From positions 6,510,001 through 6,574,000 of the forward strand of contig NC_089429.1 in assembly GCF_026210795.1 (NCBI RefSeq): 64,000 bases of DNA. Direction: 5' to 3'. The DNA comes from Rhizophagus irregularis (Eukaryota). The translations under genes and the position numbers were made by a program. The notes under the pieces are model-generated. The model was not told the DNA's origin, made no database searches, and worked only from the letters and a program-made list of their open reading frames with translations. This document shows, one piece after another, positions 1 through 13,800 of the stretch (position 1 is its first letter; each line of letters begins with the position of its first letter).

Positions 1-959
1 AACCAAAATTAACAGTAAATTTTAAATTTGGATCGGTAGAGACACAACAATGAAAAAATTCAAGTAAGAAAGTAGCATTCATCTTATGGAATATGATGTT
101 GGGATAGAAAGATGAATAAACTTTGAACTTCTATTAATGAATAACTTTTAATGCCTCATTTTTTATAATAGGGCTGGAATTTTCAACTTATTAAATTTTT
201 TATAAGCGATAAATCCAAATATCTGTTGATGTGTTTTTGTAATAAGATTAAGATTAATTCTAAATATCTAAAGTATTACATTGAATAATATAATCTTGAA
301 TTATTTGTTAAATATTGAACAGAAGATTTCTTTATAAATTGGTACCACTGTTTCACACCAAGTTCTACTATTGACACAGAAAACATGAATAGAGGGATTT
401 TTCTAACCCCTTAAATATTAGGAAGAGTACTTCTTCAATGAGACATGACATTCAAGAAAAAAAGAAAAGACGGAGACGAAAAAAAAATTTGGAATTTGCC
501 TTTACTTGTTTATTATAATAATGACAAAGAGTATTATTTGTACGCCAATATTAGTCTGAAGTGCAACGAAGAACTTAATAATCTAATATACGAATGTTCG
601 GATATCCGTTCCTAATTGCATATTTTTTTTCTTGCGGTCCACTACTTCTTCGATTGGCATGTGGCTAAACATGTGATTATAGATATAAATTAAAACTATA
701 AAATTAGTTCATTTGACTCTGAAACATGGTATTGCTTAGAACATGATCTACACAAAAAAAAATTCCCTTATAAAACTTACCTCGGGACGCGAGATTTTAC
801 GTCGACCAACTCCGACGCACAGAACTCCGACGCACGGTCAATCGTAATAAAAAAGGCAAAGGCATTAAAGAAATTCACAACAGATCTGAAAACCTCCCGG
901 TGAATTATCGCCGATTATACTACAAAGAATACTCTTCGCTAAGTTTCGACGTGGTACGC

Positions 960-1720
960 TCCAAACAACAAGTAGAACGATGGAACTGCCTTACGCACTT
1001 GGTCCTCAAACAACACACCGTCTTAAACCCTTATGACAAATTGAATCCGACTATCATCAAATGTATCCAACAAGTTCCGGAAAAAGATAGTCCGAAGTTC
1101 AAAGAACAAAGAACACACCGCTTGGTATCGACACATAACCGACGTATGGATGGATATAAATCCTATAACACCACTTGACGTCACTTATAAAATCTCGACA
1201 CAAAACTGAACAACTCCTATCACCACCAAACCTTTTCCTTCGCCGTACACCGCCTCCTGACGATAAATAGATCTCCACGTTATTTGATGATCATACAATT
1301 ACTTCTCGCGCGGAAACTATTACGTCCCCGCCTACACCTCATCATGATTAAATTATTTTTTTAGAAAAACTAACACCGGCGCGCCGGGATTTTTCCTTTA
1401 TGTAGAATTGGCATCAAGGATAAGGGAAAGTAAGGGACGAAAGGAAGTGAAAGGAAGGGAAAAGGGGAAGGAAGGGAAAGGAGAACGAAGGAAGGGCTAT
1501 ATGTTTTGTATATCCCTCAGTTCTACGTCCATTTAATAAAAATAAAAATAAAAATTTGGCTATGAAATACGTTTTTAACTTGTCAGCCTTCTTTGCTACC
1601 ACGTCACTTAATAATGAGTATCATTGAGAATCAATCTCATCCCGTGATCCAACTGATCCATGTAGTTTTTTGTGTGTGTCTAATGAAGTCGAGCTTCATC
1701 GTTCGCAATATAAGTAAATC
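960..1720 (+). repeat. Copy A of a local ~0.8 kb direct duplication (probable transposon-derived remnant)
   Basis: Near-identical to 1991-2880 (shared ACGCACTTGGTCCTCAAACAACACACCGTCTTAAACCC ... CGCAATATAAG(T/C)AAATCA). Lacks ~2096-2341 of copy B and has an extra purine tract at 1416-1497. Confidence 0.9.
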
Positions 1721-1990
1721 ATATGCGTAGTTTAACGGCAAACTCGCACTCGCCAAACTGTCACTGCTGTCTTTAGTTGCGTTATACTTAGTATCAAGGA
1801 ACTGTTTTTAGTTGCCATGTTGAAAACTGTCGACCATTTTTTCCCCTTTACTTCGATTTTTTTGACGAATCTCACGTTTTCACTCCTTTGGACCACCACT
1901 ATCTGATGAATTAAGAAATTTTTTTATTACTCAATAAACCTTACTAGCAAAGACTTTTTTTTTTGGCAATGGTAGCCACAGCAAGTGATA

Positions 1991-2880
1991 CACTCCAAAC
2001 AACGCACTTGGTCCTCAAACAACACACCGTCTTAAACCCTTACGACAAATTGAATCCGACTATCATCAAATGTGTCCAACAAGTTCCGGAAAAATACATA
2101 CTAGGATATTTCATCAACCATGTTTTCGGCTTGGCAGCCATCGTGATGGATTTAAAAGAATGAAGAATTGGTTACGCCGACTTGAAAAGAAAAACAAGAA
2201 AAACCCTTCACCTCCTTTACCTCCAGGTACTAGGGGTGGCCTCTGGTATTATCGTGATTTTCACAATATTGAACATTGACCTTTTTAACCCGGATATTAG
2301 TAGCTGCTACGATTGACGGTTGTAGCAATATCAGCAATATCAGATATTCCGAAGTTCAAAGAACAAAGAACACACCGCTTGGTATCGATACATAACCGAC
2401 GTACGGATGGATATAAATCCTATAACACCACTTGACGTCACTTATAAATTCTCGACACAAAACTGACAACTTTTATCACCCCCAGATCTTTTCCTTCGCC
2501 GTACACCGCCTCCCGACGACTCCACGTTATCTGAAGATCATACAATTACTTCTCGCGCGGAAACTATTACGTCCCTGCCTACACCTCTTCATGATTAATT
2601 TTTTTTTTAGAAAAACTAACACTGGTGCGCCGGGGTTTTCCTTTATGTAGAATTAGCATCTATATGTTTTGTATATCCCTCAATTCTACGTCCATATAAT
2701 AAAAATAAAAATAAAAATTTGGATTTGAAATACGTTTTTAACTTGTAAGCCTTCTTTGCTACCACGTCACTTAATAATGAGTATTATTGAGAATCAATCT
2801 CAACCGTGATCCAACTGATCCATGCAATCTTTTGTGTATGTTTAATAACGAGCTTCTTCGTTCGCAATATAAGCAAATCA
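1991..2880 (+). repeat. Copy B of the ~0.8 kb direct duplication
   Basis: Aligns by eye to 960-1720. ORFs 900..1178 and 1963..2163 share THLVLKQHTVLNPYDKLNPTIIKC.QQVPEK. Confidence 0.9.
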
Positions 2881-4168
2881 AAATTGGGAATTAGAACCCT
2901 AGCCTTCTAGTTCTTTTTTTTTTAACAAAAAAATTTTTTCCAAACTTTAATTAACCAAAAAAACTTTGTAATTTGTAAGTACTAATGCTGTATTAACCAC
3001 AAAGCCGATTCAGTTAGGTGGAAAAGTATCTAAACAACAAGCATGAAATTGATTTGAATCTTTCATAGTTATTTCAGCAAATTTGTTGATATCCAAAAAC
3101 AAACTTTCAAAATAATGATTTTTCATTATCTATTAATATTAGAATATCGTTATTAACTAATATGATGAATTATATTAACGTAATAAAATTACTAATGAAT
3201 AAATCATAAGATAATAAATCGAACTATATGATTGAAAATACTTACGCATATATAATCCTTCGTTTTAAAGGATATTTTTTCTAATTTTGTACATTCTAAA
3301 TTTACTAAATGAGATATAGAATATACAAATTCTTTATGTTTAATAAAAAACACTCTATCATAGAGTTTAACTTAAATTAGGAAAAATTCTGTTAATTTTA
3401 CTCAAATTTCAGTTGGAAACCGTTTTTGCCATTGCTAATGGTTTTTTAATGGGTAAAAGAAAAATGCTACAAAAAAGACGAGGTATAAATCTAGTTAACG
3501 CTAAAGTAGAATTCGGCCATATCAGTGTTACGTTACATCTCATATGCTTTTAATAATAATTTAAAAAATTTTAACTTCTTTTAGAACTGAACTTCCTTTA
3601 ATTTTTCCACTTTTGTTAATTTGGAATTTTGTGACAGAAAAATTATGCTTGAACTTTTGTATGTAGATTCTCTCTTTGTTAACTAATTTTTCTTCAAATA
3701 TGTTGCGAAGGAAATTACTTGAATAAGACTTGTAATACGACCAATAGCTAAATACAGTGTCCTATAATTTAACCTCAAGAAAAATGAAAATTATAATTCC
3801 ATCCAACTGAAAATTTCCACAATATTTATTAGAAACATGAAAGCAAAAAAACACAGTCAAATCTATACTATGTGACAGACACTTTATAAAATAAACGTGA
3901 AAGAATTGGCTGTAGGGTTTAAATATCGGGGTTTTATGATGGGTTGATTCTTTTCATGAACCTCCATGACAAAATTTTTTTACCTGATTTTAAAAGAATT
4001 TATCATCAAATTCTACACATCTTCAAAATTATTAATTTACTATAGTATATAAATGACCCTCACAATGAAAATATCCTTTTATTAAAAAAGAAAGATATGG
4101 TCACCATGATCAAATTGATCAACCCTTCATAATCGTTCATACTATTTATCCTTCTCTTCATCACAACT

Positions 4169-5032
4169 ATGGTTCAACTTGTCGCAGACGTTCTCTTTTT
4201 AATTTTTACCGAATTGCACGTCTTTACATTAATGTGCTAGAATATTCATTACAACAATTACAAAGATATATGACTACTGCTAACGAGATACTTCCAAACA
4301 AGCAGAAGGTATTTGTATATACTTTCTTCCAATACTGACGATAAGTGAAATATTATATTTGAGTATGGCTTCTTTTCCGGATCTTCAATACCTTGAATCT
4401 ACGGGTGCTCAATAATTGAAAAATCTGGTGGATACGCAGATCAAGGTGAAATGAAAAATTATTTAAAATGACGTATGTCTTAACATTATCCAAAGATAAT
4501 AAGGTTAACTACGGATGTTAAATGAACCAAGCTATGATAGAGAAAAAAATCAAAAGAATTAACTGGTAATTTCGAGAATCAATCAGGTAAACATATTATT
4601 TAAGAAGTTGATCGTATTATTTTATTTTTTACTTTTTTTAATATAGAACAGTGTATTATTAATTTTATATCCACCTCTTCACTTATTAATCGTCATCCCT
4701 TTGAAATAATCCCTATGAATGCAATACTAGTTACAAATGCTAACTCCAATGCTGCTATAAAAGGCCAAAGCTACTATCGATTATGAGACGGACGAATTGA
4801 TCTTAAAATGGGAAAAGTGAAGTCTTGCGAGTAACCACTGAATGTCAGGAGATGTCCCATTATCAGATTGAATATTTACAATGAACTTACGTGATAAGAA
4901 ACTTGCAACCGGAGTCACCCTCAGCTCTTGGTGCGTTTTAGCTTTTTTTAAGCCCTGACGTTTTACCCGATCATGATGTTGCTGCGTTCGTGAGAGAACT
5001 AGTAAAACGTAGTGTCAGATCATACAGGGATG
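4169..5032 (+). pseudogene. Argonaute remnant 1 (N-terminal traces plus L2/MID segment), heavily deleted
   Basis: 4884-5032 translates, across frameshifts, to NLRDKKLATGVTLSSWCVLAF..LPDHDVAAFVRELVK..TGM then GTAAG, matching the fungal AGO WNLRDKK..G..L.SW...F..FVREL...TGM segment. Weaker N-terminal match NFYRIARL..NIHY near 4201-4252. The 5' extent is uncertain. Confidence 0.7.
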
Positions 5033-8000
5033 GTAAGTTAATAAGATAATCCATTTTTTAATGCAAGATGATCCTGCAACCTTTATGTTCATTCATCTTA
5101 GTCAACAGATCCCGTACCTATATTATTAGAAATATCTATCACTTATGGAACATTTTCATCAACCTATATTCTTTTGGGATAAGTCAAGCATTTGTGAATT
5201 CAGCAATAATATGTGAATTTGCGAAATTGAGGTTAAGATTAATGAAAATGTCTAAGTTTAGTCATGTGCAGAATAACATTTAAAAGCAATGTTATTGAAA
5301 GGGAAGATTTATTTAAGTATAGCTAGTTTTCCTATATGGTAGAAACTTTTTTGATACAAAAATATATCGATAGTTTTCAATTTATTTCTTTCTTAATTTA
5401 ATGATGAATGAAAGCATTGTAAAAATACACTGTATTAAATTATTTTGTGTTTATGGAAAAAAAATTTTTTGTTCAATTAAATAAATTATTCAACGTCGGT
5501 AAACGATAATCAAAAAATCAACGCGCCCATCAACGCGCAGTAAATACTTTTCCATAAATCAACTTTTCCATAAATCAACTAATGTAAAAATTAAAAAAAA
5601 AGAATAGTCTTAAAGTGATTTGTTACTTTTTTTTTTTTGTCATCCTTGCAGTCGCACGAATCACGAGTTATCGCATATTATTTAAATTTAATTTCAACTA
5701 TCTGAAAATGATTTCACAAAGACATACTATTTCTGGAATTTCATTTATAATTATTATAAATAAATAATTAATCATCAAAAGTTTTTTGTTTATAAATTTA
5801 AACAAAGAATTCAACAAAAGAAAATGGATTTATAAAAAATGGATAAAGTGATGATAAAGTGATGATAATTACACATTGAAGATTCGTCGAATGTATTATT
5901 TCTTGCCGTGGAGTCAGGCGTTGAATTTATTGAATTTATTGCAGAAGGTAATAATAAAGTTAATGGCGCGTTTATTTACTTTTTCTTTCAAATACAATTA
6001 CGAAATATTGAGATGTAACAAGTGAATAAATCGTTCCGTTTCGAATGATATTTTTATGATCTATTAATAAAATTTTGAAGTTTCGTTCGGCACGTGGCCG
6101 TCGAATAATTTCTTATAAAAAGACTCGAAATTCCTAGCGAATTACAACCAAAATACGCATAATCATAAAAATTCAAATTTTTATTAATATTTCTCATAAT
6201 ATGATCCTTGATTGGGCCTTTAACATAAATGTTAAGCAATTCTCCCTAATTCCCACTACTCAAAATTTTACGTTCATAACTTTTATAAATTCTTTCATTA
6301 TCATAAAGTTATTATACTAAGAAATTTAATGGTTCTTCTTTTTATTAAATCTTCTTTAAACTATCGCGCATACGCTCATGTGACCTAAACTCCCTACTAC
6401 TTATTATTCGGCTCACATAAAACACAGAATGAATATATGCCAGGTATTCTTTCCTGGAAGAATAGGAGAGTTTAAAGATAACTTTAAGTTTAGATCAAAA
6501 AATATTTTAATACCGTATAGCTTCTTCAAATTATGCGGTAATTGACTAAGACATATTTGAGATATTGGAATAGATAGATGTATTATATTATTACTTTTAA
6601 AATTTCCAAATTTTTTTCTTTTGAAAAAAAAAGAACAACTTACTTGTGATACAATCGTATCTGCAGCTAAAATAAATAACTTGTCCATAAAGGAAAAAAA
6701 CCCTCTTTATCTCCTTATTAGCTTTATGATAGATCGAATAAAATTATTCTTCGAGAAGATAGTAATGTATGTTTATACGACAAAATGATTATATATTATA
6801 ATAAATAAATGCAATACAAAATTTAATTACAACGCAAAATTTACGAAAGTGTGAAATAAAAAAAATGCCAAGAGAAAAATCTTATTTGGTATTTAATGAT
6901 AAATTTTATTTATTTATTTAGTAATAAATATAATAAATAATTAATTTAATGAAATCAGTTTGTGCCATAATAATAATTATCCAATAATATGTTCATCTAA
7001 ATATAATCATTATTTGCTTTTAAATATATTAATCACAATCAGGTGCGAATTTTCGTTCCTGTTTTAATTACCTAATTACCTTCTCTTTCAGGACTAGTTA
7101 AATTCATTAAGACAGTATGAAAGAATTATCATGCTCTCTAACGATTGATTATCCAGTCATACGTTTGTATGAATAGAAAAATTAAATTTTTTGGCGCGAA
7201 CTTACTTTCTATTTACATTTACCATTATCGTTATATAGTATTAATCCTTATTCGTATAAGTTATTAAATTTTAATTGTAACGGTTCAATTAGTTTTATAA
7301 AATTTTAATTATTCATTTAACCTTTTAAAACCAATCATATTCATTATAGTATGAACAGAACATAAAATTGCCCAATCGTTCGCGCATCTTAATGAAAATG
7401 ATTCTTCCCTATCCATATATTGATATAGGTGTTGATCGTCTCATAACATAGTACTGTAAACTGCATTTACAGTATCTGTTATTACTTATCAGAAAGTTCA
7501 ATCATCCATCAAAAATAGTACAAATTAAGTTCTAAAATTCTATGTCCTAAAAATTAAAAATGAATAATGATAGTAATACCAATGAAATTATATCCGCTAA
7601 CGCATATTGATATTGATATTGATATTTGATTTTGATTTGATTTATAAAAAATTGAGATATTTGATCTTAATTTGAATTTAAGAATTTAAAATTTAAGCGC
7701 CGATATTGAAATTTATAGTATAATTTTCAAATTTTTTTTAATACTACTAGATAGATCAAGCAAGTATTATTATAACTATTATTGTACTTATTTTTAGTAC
7801 CTTTTTTCCGAATTTATAATTTCAATTTCGTTCAAACTAAACAGAAAAAAGTTAATAATAAAAAGTCTTATTTCAGAACAAAAAAAAATCTCCGTAAAGA
7901 TTAATAATTTTTATTATGATAAATTATTATTGCATAATGTCTTTAAAATTTCATTTTTATAGGCAAAATACCTATTTGTTAATATGCAATAAAAAAATGT

Positions 8001-9733
8001 GTTTATGTTGAAAATCATGTGATGATTGTAAATAAGATAACTGAAAATCAGGATAAATGAGACATTATCAGTTATTGAGTCAGTTATTGATTCAAAACTT
8101 AGAACTTTAACTAACTAGTTAAATTCACGTGATGAGATTTTATTGTTGATTGAGCTTCGTTCAACAGACTAACGCGATATATTATAGTTGGGCATATCAC
8201 ACAATCAAAACATGTCACTGCGCTTTTTTTGTTGAACTTCATATATTTAATATATGCAGGTTACGAAGGCACCATAAGGATTAAGGCGTGTTATTTTGGT
8301 TTTCTTTTTCATCTGGACAATCAACATGAGTATGTTGTTTTAAATTTCTTTTCAGGTTTTATTGAAAAATGATTTTTTTTATACGGTATATATTTATTTT
8401 CTAACTGTTTGATTTAATGGTCTTTTTTTCAATTCAGAAATTTTTTTCGCACTCTGGTAGTTTGGTTAGCTAAATGGGGTTTTGTTCCCTACTTATGGCT
8501 GGAAGACAGAATAAAATTTAATGTTTAAGAAAGATAATATTCAAAGAAAAATTTTAGCACCAACATGAAATGATGAATCTACCAGTAACTGAACATAATG
8601 TCAACCTAGAATTTGTATTTACTAACTAGTGGCAAGCAAAGGTTGGGCAAAATGGTTTAAACCTGTTGAAACTTTTCTGTATATTCAAAAAATATTTTTT
8701 TTCATTAACTTTGGACAATAATCGTCAGACTAAGACTAATAAATCATGGTAGTTTGGTGAAGGATCATCTGGATGAAATTTTATTGAAAATTACAATCTG
8801 GTGCTTGTAGAAAAGAGTATATTGGTACAGTTCAACCTATTGATTTGCTGAATGATTGAATTGAATCAAGATTCATGATTGTTGTCAAATTTGTTTGAAC
8901 GCAGATAATTTAGTAGCAAAATTTCATCAGCCAGCGGTGGCGGTCGATTAAAGTAGTAGTTTAACAAAGCGAGAGATAATCTTTTGGTTAGCGAATTTCT
9001 TATCTCGCATATAACGTATTATCACATAAATTGAACATCAAAGCCACATTAATGATTTAATATGTTTAAACATGAAGAATTGGTAATCAAAAACAACAGT
9101 TTTGTATGAAGATTGTACTCATCACTTCTTTCTTTTGGTTTTCTGGGTTGAGTGGCCAAAAATAGTTTTTCTCTGAAGAAGGAAAAAAGCAGTACAAGTG
9201 CTCTTACGCTAAATTTGGGCCAATCAGTTTTTCGCTTCAAAGTAAGAGGAACATATTATTGCAGAGTAGCATTGATCCAATAACTGGTAATAATGGTAGG
9301 CATTTTTAATTGATTTTTGCTTAGTAATTATCATATTAGAAGAAAGTTATTAATTATTATTTAAATTTAACGTGAATACAGATTTTTAATTATTGATAAA
9401 TAATACCTCACGTACGATAATATTATTTATTATCCGTCTCACATAGTGTATCACTTTTTCTATTTGTCATACAATCAACCTTAAGAGAATATTACCAAAT
9501 TTTTTTGCACCCTCCAAAATCAAATAAACTTAAATAACTCAAAATATCTGAACAGTTTGAACCATAAAATTCAGAAGAAGCGGAAGAGCATATTTTTTCA
9601 ATCCTTTTAAATAAAATTTCAAAACTTTCAAATTATTCGGAAGTCAAAAAATACCTATAGTTTTTACATTAAGAAACAAAGTGGGATAAAGAAGACAAGT
9701 AGGCAATTGCTTTATGATATTTTCCTCCAAACG

Positions 9734-9963
9734 TAGGGATTGGAATCGATTAATCAAAAATCGACAAAACATAGTAAAATCGATTCTCGAGAATCGATTC
9801 TCAGCAATTTTTTACATGTAAGTTATTAAACCTGACTCCAAAGTAATTTTTCATGCCGGCCAAGTGCTGATTATTTTTGCTGAAATTAGAAACTGATTCA
9901 AAGTCAGGTTGGTCGTCTATAAGAAAAATCTTGAAAAGATTCGATTTTCGATTCCAACCCCTA
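9734..9963. mobile_element. MITE, hAT-like non-autonomous element (230 bp)
   Basis: TIRs TAGGGATTGGAATCGA / TCGATTCCAACCCCTA (15/16 match). Flanks CTCCAAACG and CTCCAGCG resemble a decayed 8-bp TSD. Internal AATCGA subterminal repeats. Confidence 0.75.
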
Positions 9964-10719
9964 CTCCAGCGACCTGTGAACGAAACTCTAAAAAATATAG
10001 CTATTACTCTCTTAAGTTTGAATGGCAGAGAAAAGTTAGGTCATCTGCCAAATCATTAAAATGTAAATAGAAAGAATGAGATAATCAGTCTCGAATTTAA
10101 AATAAAATAGAAAAATTCTTTGAAAGTAGTTGGAATTTCTTGGTAAAAGGTTTAGAAACATTTTTCAAAAGTTGGAATATAAATGTCTATCTTATGAAAA
10201 TATACTTCAATTCAAAAAAAAACAAGTGGATTTTATGAAAATTTTTTTTGGATTTTTTTTTTTTTTTTTACTAATTTAGAATATGTTGTATCTTTCCCGT
10301 TTTAAATTAAATAACTTGACTCAACCAACAGTCATTTATTATTTGCATCAAATAATAGAGAAGATTTTACTATGGAATAAATATGATCAATTAATTGATC
10401 TTTTTTTTATTGTAAGCTACTACCTATTAAAAGGATGCTTCCTTTTTTTCACACCTTAGTACATCTCAGAAAAACTTTTATTTGCAAAACTAAATTTCAT
10501 TTCAAATCAGAAGAAAATGATACCAAAAAATTCTGGTATTTATTAATTTTATAACTCATATTTTGTTGTAAAAGCAAAAAAATTTTTTTTTTTATTATGA
10601 TTTTTATAGTGTTAGTACTATAATAATAATTGATCATTTTCTCATGAATCCAAAGGGGAATAAGTTCTTCTTTAACAATTTTCTAATTATAATAGGAGAT
10701 TTATTTTCGAATATATTCT

Positions 10720-11099
10720 AGATAGTTTTCTTAAATAGGATGAAAAGGGTTCCTTTTAGTTAGATTTATTCTTTATAATTTTTCTAATTGTAGTAGGAGA
10801 GTGGTATTTCTTTAACGATTTTTCTAAATATTTCTGCTATAACTGTTTTTCTGGCAGTCATTACAGTATAGGTAAAGCATTAAGTGATGATTTCCATCTG
10901 ATAGGATACCTTGAATTATTCTAAATAATTTTTTTAATTTTTTTAAATATGATGAAAAGGGTTTCTTTTAGTTAGATTTATTTTTTATAATTTTTTTAAT
11001 TGTAGTGGAAGAGTGGTATTTTTTAACAATTTTTCTAAATATTTCTGCTATAACTGTTTCTAATCCTAACAGTCATTATAGTATAGGTAAAGCATTAAG
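10720..11099. repeat. Two-copy degenerate direct repeat, period ~210 bp
   Basis: GATGAAAAGGGTT.CTTTTAGTTAGATTTA ... AGTATAGGTAAAGCATTAAG occurs at ~10739-10884 and ~10951-11099. Confidence 0.85.
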
Positions 11100-12074
11100 A
11101 TCCAATTGATTCACCAATTATACATATTTTATTTAAATTTAGCCTTTTTTTATTATTTACAAAAAATAGAAATATTTTAATGGACTATTCTAAATAATTT
11201 TTTTAATATACTGGAAGGATGATTTCTTAACAACATTTCTAAATGTGATGGAAAAGAGTTCTTTAATTAATTTATTCTTTAATATATCAAAAGGATTTTC
11301 TTAATAATTTTTCTAAAATTACTATCTTCATTATTTTTGGTAAAAAAATACAATACATCAAGCTAGATTGTTCAATGAGGTTTAGATCAGAAATTAGTCT
11401 GATGAAAAAAAGTTTCTTTAAAATTGGATGGAGGATTTTTTTCATTTATTATACATCATCAAAACAAATATTCATGTAAAGACATCTATGTACTAAGTTA
11501 TTTTATTTGTTTTTTTTTAAAAAAAATTAAGAATATATATTTATAAAAAATAAATACAATTATTTTGATCTCATATATTTGGTTTTGATTTTCCATCAAA
11601 TTAGTCTAAATATCCCATTACTATTATTTGATTTATTTAGAATAGTAACTAATACAACAAATAAATGAAACTTTTAAAAAATAATCTGATCAAATTACTA
11701 TACTTTTCATAAATAAAGCGCATCATCCCATTTTAAAATGTCAAATAGTATCTTGTGATATATTTAATTACTCTGATTTCTCTCTGGAACGTATGAAGGT
11801 CACGTAAGTATTGTCATGACATGTTAAAAAACATAAAATAACATAAAGAAATAATTTATGAAAGTATTCATTAAACAATCAAGAGTTGAAACTTGCCTTC
11901 TCAAATTTCCAGTCCCAACATTTTCAACGTCACAATGATTTTACGCTAAATTTTATATGCACTGCATTTTATTATCATAAATTAATGAAACATTAAAATT
12001 CTGAATAGTTGTTTGTTGGAATCGAACCAACTGGAACAAGTGTTCCAAACCATTAACAACAATTATTATATAGA

Positions 12075-12690
12075 AATTTACACCTATCGCCTAAAAACGA
12101 TGACCAAAACCTATCGCTATGGTAAGAAAAAGGAAGTATTAATAAAATGTTTCTAAAAAAAAACAAAGTTTCAGTCCGTTTAAAACTTACATTCTGCTAT
12201 CCAGAGAATCAAAGACCAGACCAAAAATAAGGAAATGTTAGAAAATGATTCTAACAAAAGAGAAAGTTCCAAAATAATCGAAACTTACACTTATCACCCA
12301 ATGAATGAAACCAGAACCTACAAAAGGGAAAAGATACTAATAAGACGTTTTTTAATAAAGAAAGCAAAAAGTTTTTAAAAGTTTGAAACTTATTATATCT
12401 AAAATGAGAAAGAAAATGTTAATAAAATGTTCTTAATCAAAGAAAAAATAATTTAGTTTCATTTTGAAACTTAATACCAACTAAACTTAATACCAACTGG
12501 CAAATAATAATCAAAGCTCCAAATCCACAAAACATAAAAAGAAACATCAGTATGTTTCTTAAAGCTAATAGTGAACTCTATTTCCAAAAAAAAATTACCG
12601 TTATTCGAAAACCTGAACACACGTGAAAGTACCTTTCAAAGAAACCAACACCTGCAAAAAATAAAACAAATGAAATGTTAGTACGTTCCT
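12075..12690 (-). repeat. Degenerate ~100-bp tandem array of intron plus ~30-nt micro-exon units
   Basis: Minus-strand GTAAGTTT/GTAAATTT donors at ~12081, 12190 and 12288, with decayed versions at ~12392, 12472 and 12598. CTAAC branch sites (12237-12241, 12677-12681), pyrimidine tracts and YAG acceptors (12111, 12318, 12652). Related exons GTTTTGGTCATCG.., GTCTGGTCTTTG.., GTTCTGGTTTC.. Confidence 0.6.
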
Positions 12691-12807
12691 TATAGGTATT
12701 ATGTAAATGGTCCCTTCCTATTTAAATATATGATAAAAATGTAATTTAAGATTTTACCAAAGTTACTGCACATGTACAACGTAGCAGATCATAACATTTG
12801 TAACGAT

Positions 12808-13400
12808 CCCCCATATGTACTCTCCGGACTTACTTTGTCCGTTTTGCCATACTGCTCCGGAAGATATAAATCACGTGTGAATCTGTCCATTCCTTCCATT
12901 GGTACAGAATTCTTCGGTTCTCAGGAAGAAACTTGCCATTGCCGTTAAAAATGCAACGCCTCTCCCACTCCACTGGACACATTTGATTCTTTTTCTTGTT
13001 GGTCCACGAACTCCTCTCTTATCCCTAACGCTTTTGACTTACTCAGAGGATTTTTCCCGATGGATCTGATCGACATATTTTCTCAAGTCATGCGCGAATA
13101 ATTGCATCTTCAGTGCCGTCTTCAAGCTTCAAGCTAATTCCATTAACGCGAACGATGTAATAATTTCTCCCATTGGACTTCTCTCCTGCAAAAATAAAAG
13201 ATGACGCCGACCTCCTCAATCGATTTTCCAAACCCGACTCCCTCCTCCACCTCTGGCAATAAATTCTTTCCTTCTTTTCGGCAGAATTTCCCGTTGCTTC
13301 CAAAAATTCGGACTTGGACGCTTCGTGCTCTTTCCTTGGTTGGATCGCCGGACTGTTGGGTCTTATGATTTATTTCATTAGTAATTTTATTAAGAAATGT
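12808..13400 (+). mobile_element. Non-LTR retrotransposon ORF2 3' end (zinc knuckle region), decayed
   Basis: PHMYSPDLLCPFCHTAPEDINHV*IC is a CCHC/zf-RVT-type motif, followed by FDLLRGFFPMDL. Confidence 0.75.
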
Positions 13401-13429
13401 TATCTTTTAATGCATTAATATTATTATCG

Positions 13430-13800
13430 TATTAGAGAATCAGTAATTAACATACCAACCAAATCGATTGACATCGTTGCGGAAAGAAGCTCTCGGGTGA
13501 TCGTAAAGAGTGAAATTTCCAGCAATAAGCCGGAAAACAAATGGGCTTGAGATGTATATCGCCGGAATCTATCCAAAAGGAAGAAGTTACAGAAATAAAG
13601 TTGTTCAAACTGATCGTTCAGGAAGTGACGGAGATTCACATCAATGATGCGATCATCATAAAAGGCCAAAGTGGAGAGAGAAGTACATTTAGATAACTCA
13701 AAGTCCAGGTGAGAAGATGATTCACCATGCGTCTCGGCAAGGAAATCTACACGATTGTTGAGACTTGAGAGCGTCATCTGAGTGGGTTGAAACCTTCTTG
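13430..13800 (-). mobile_element. Non-LTR retrotransposon ORF2 fragment (RNase H C-terminus and downstream)
   Basis: [19 protein letters not shown] matches the RNase H KV.AHS...N..D.LA motif, then [20 protein letters not shown]. Confidence 0.75.
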
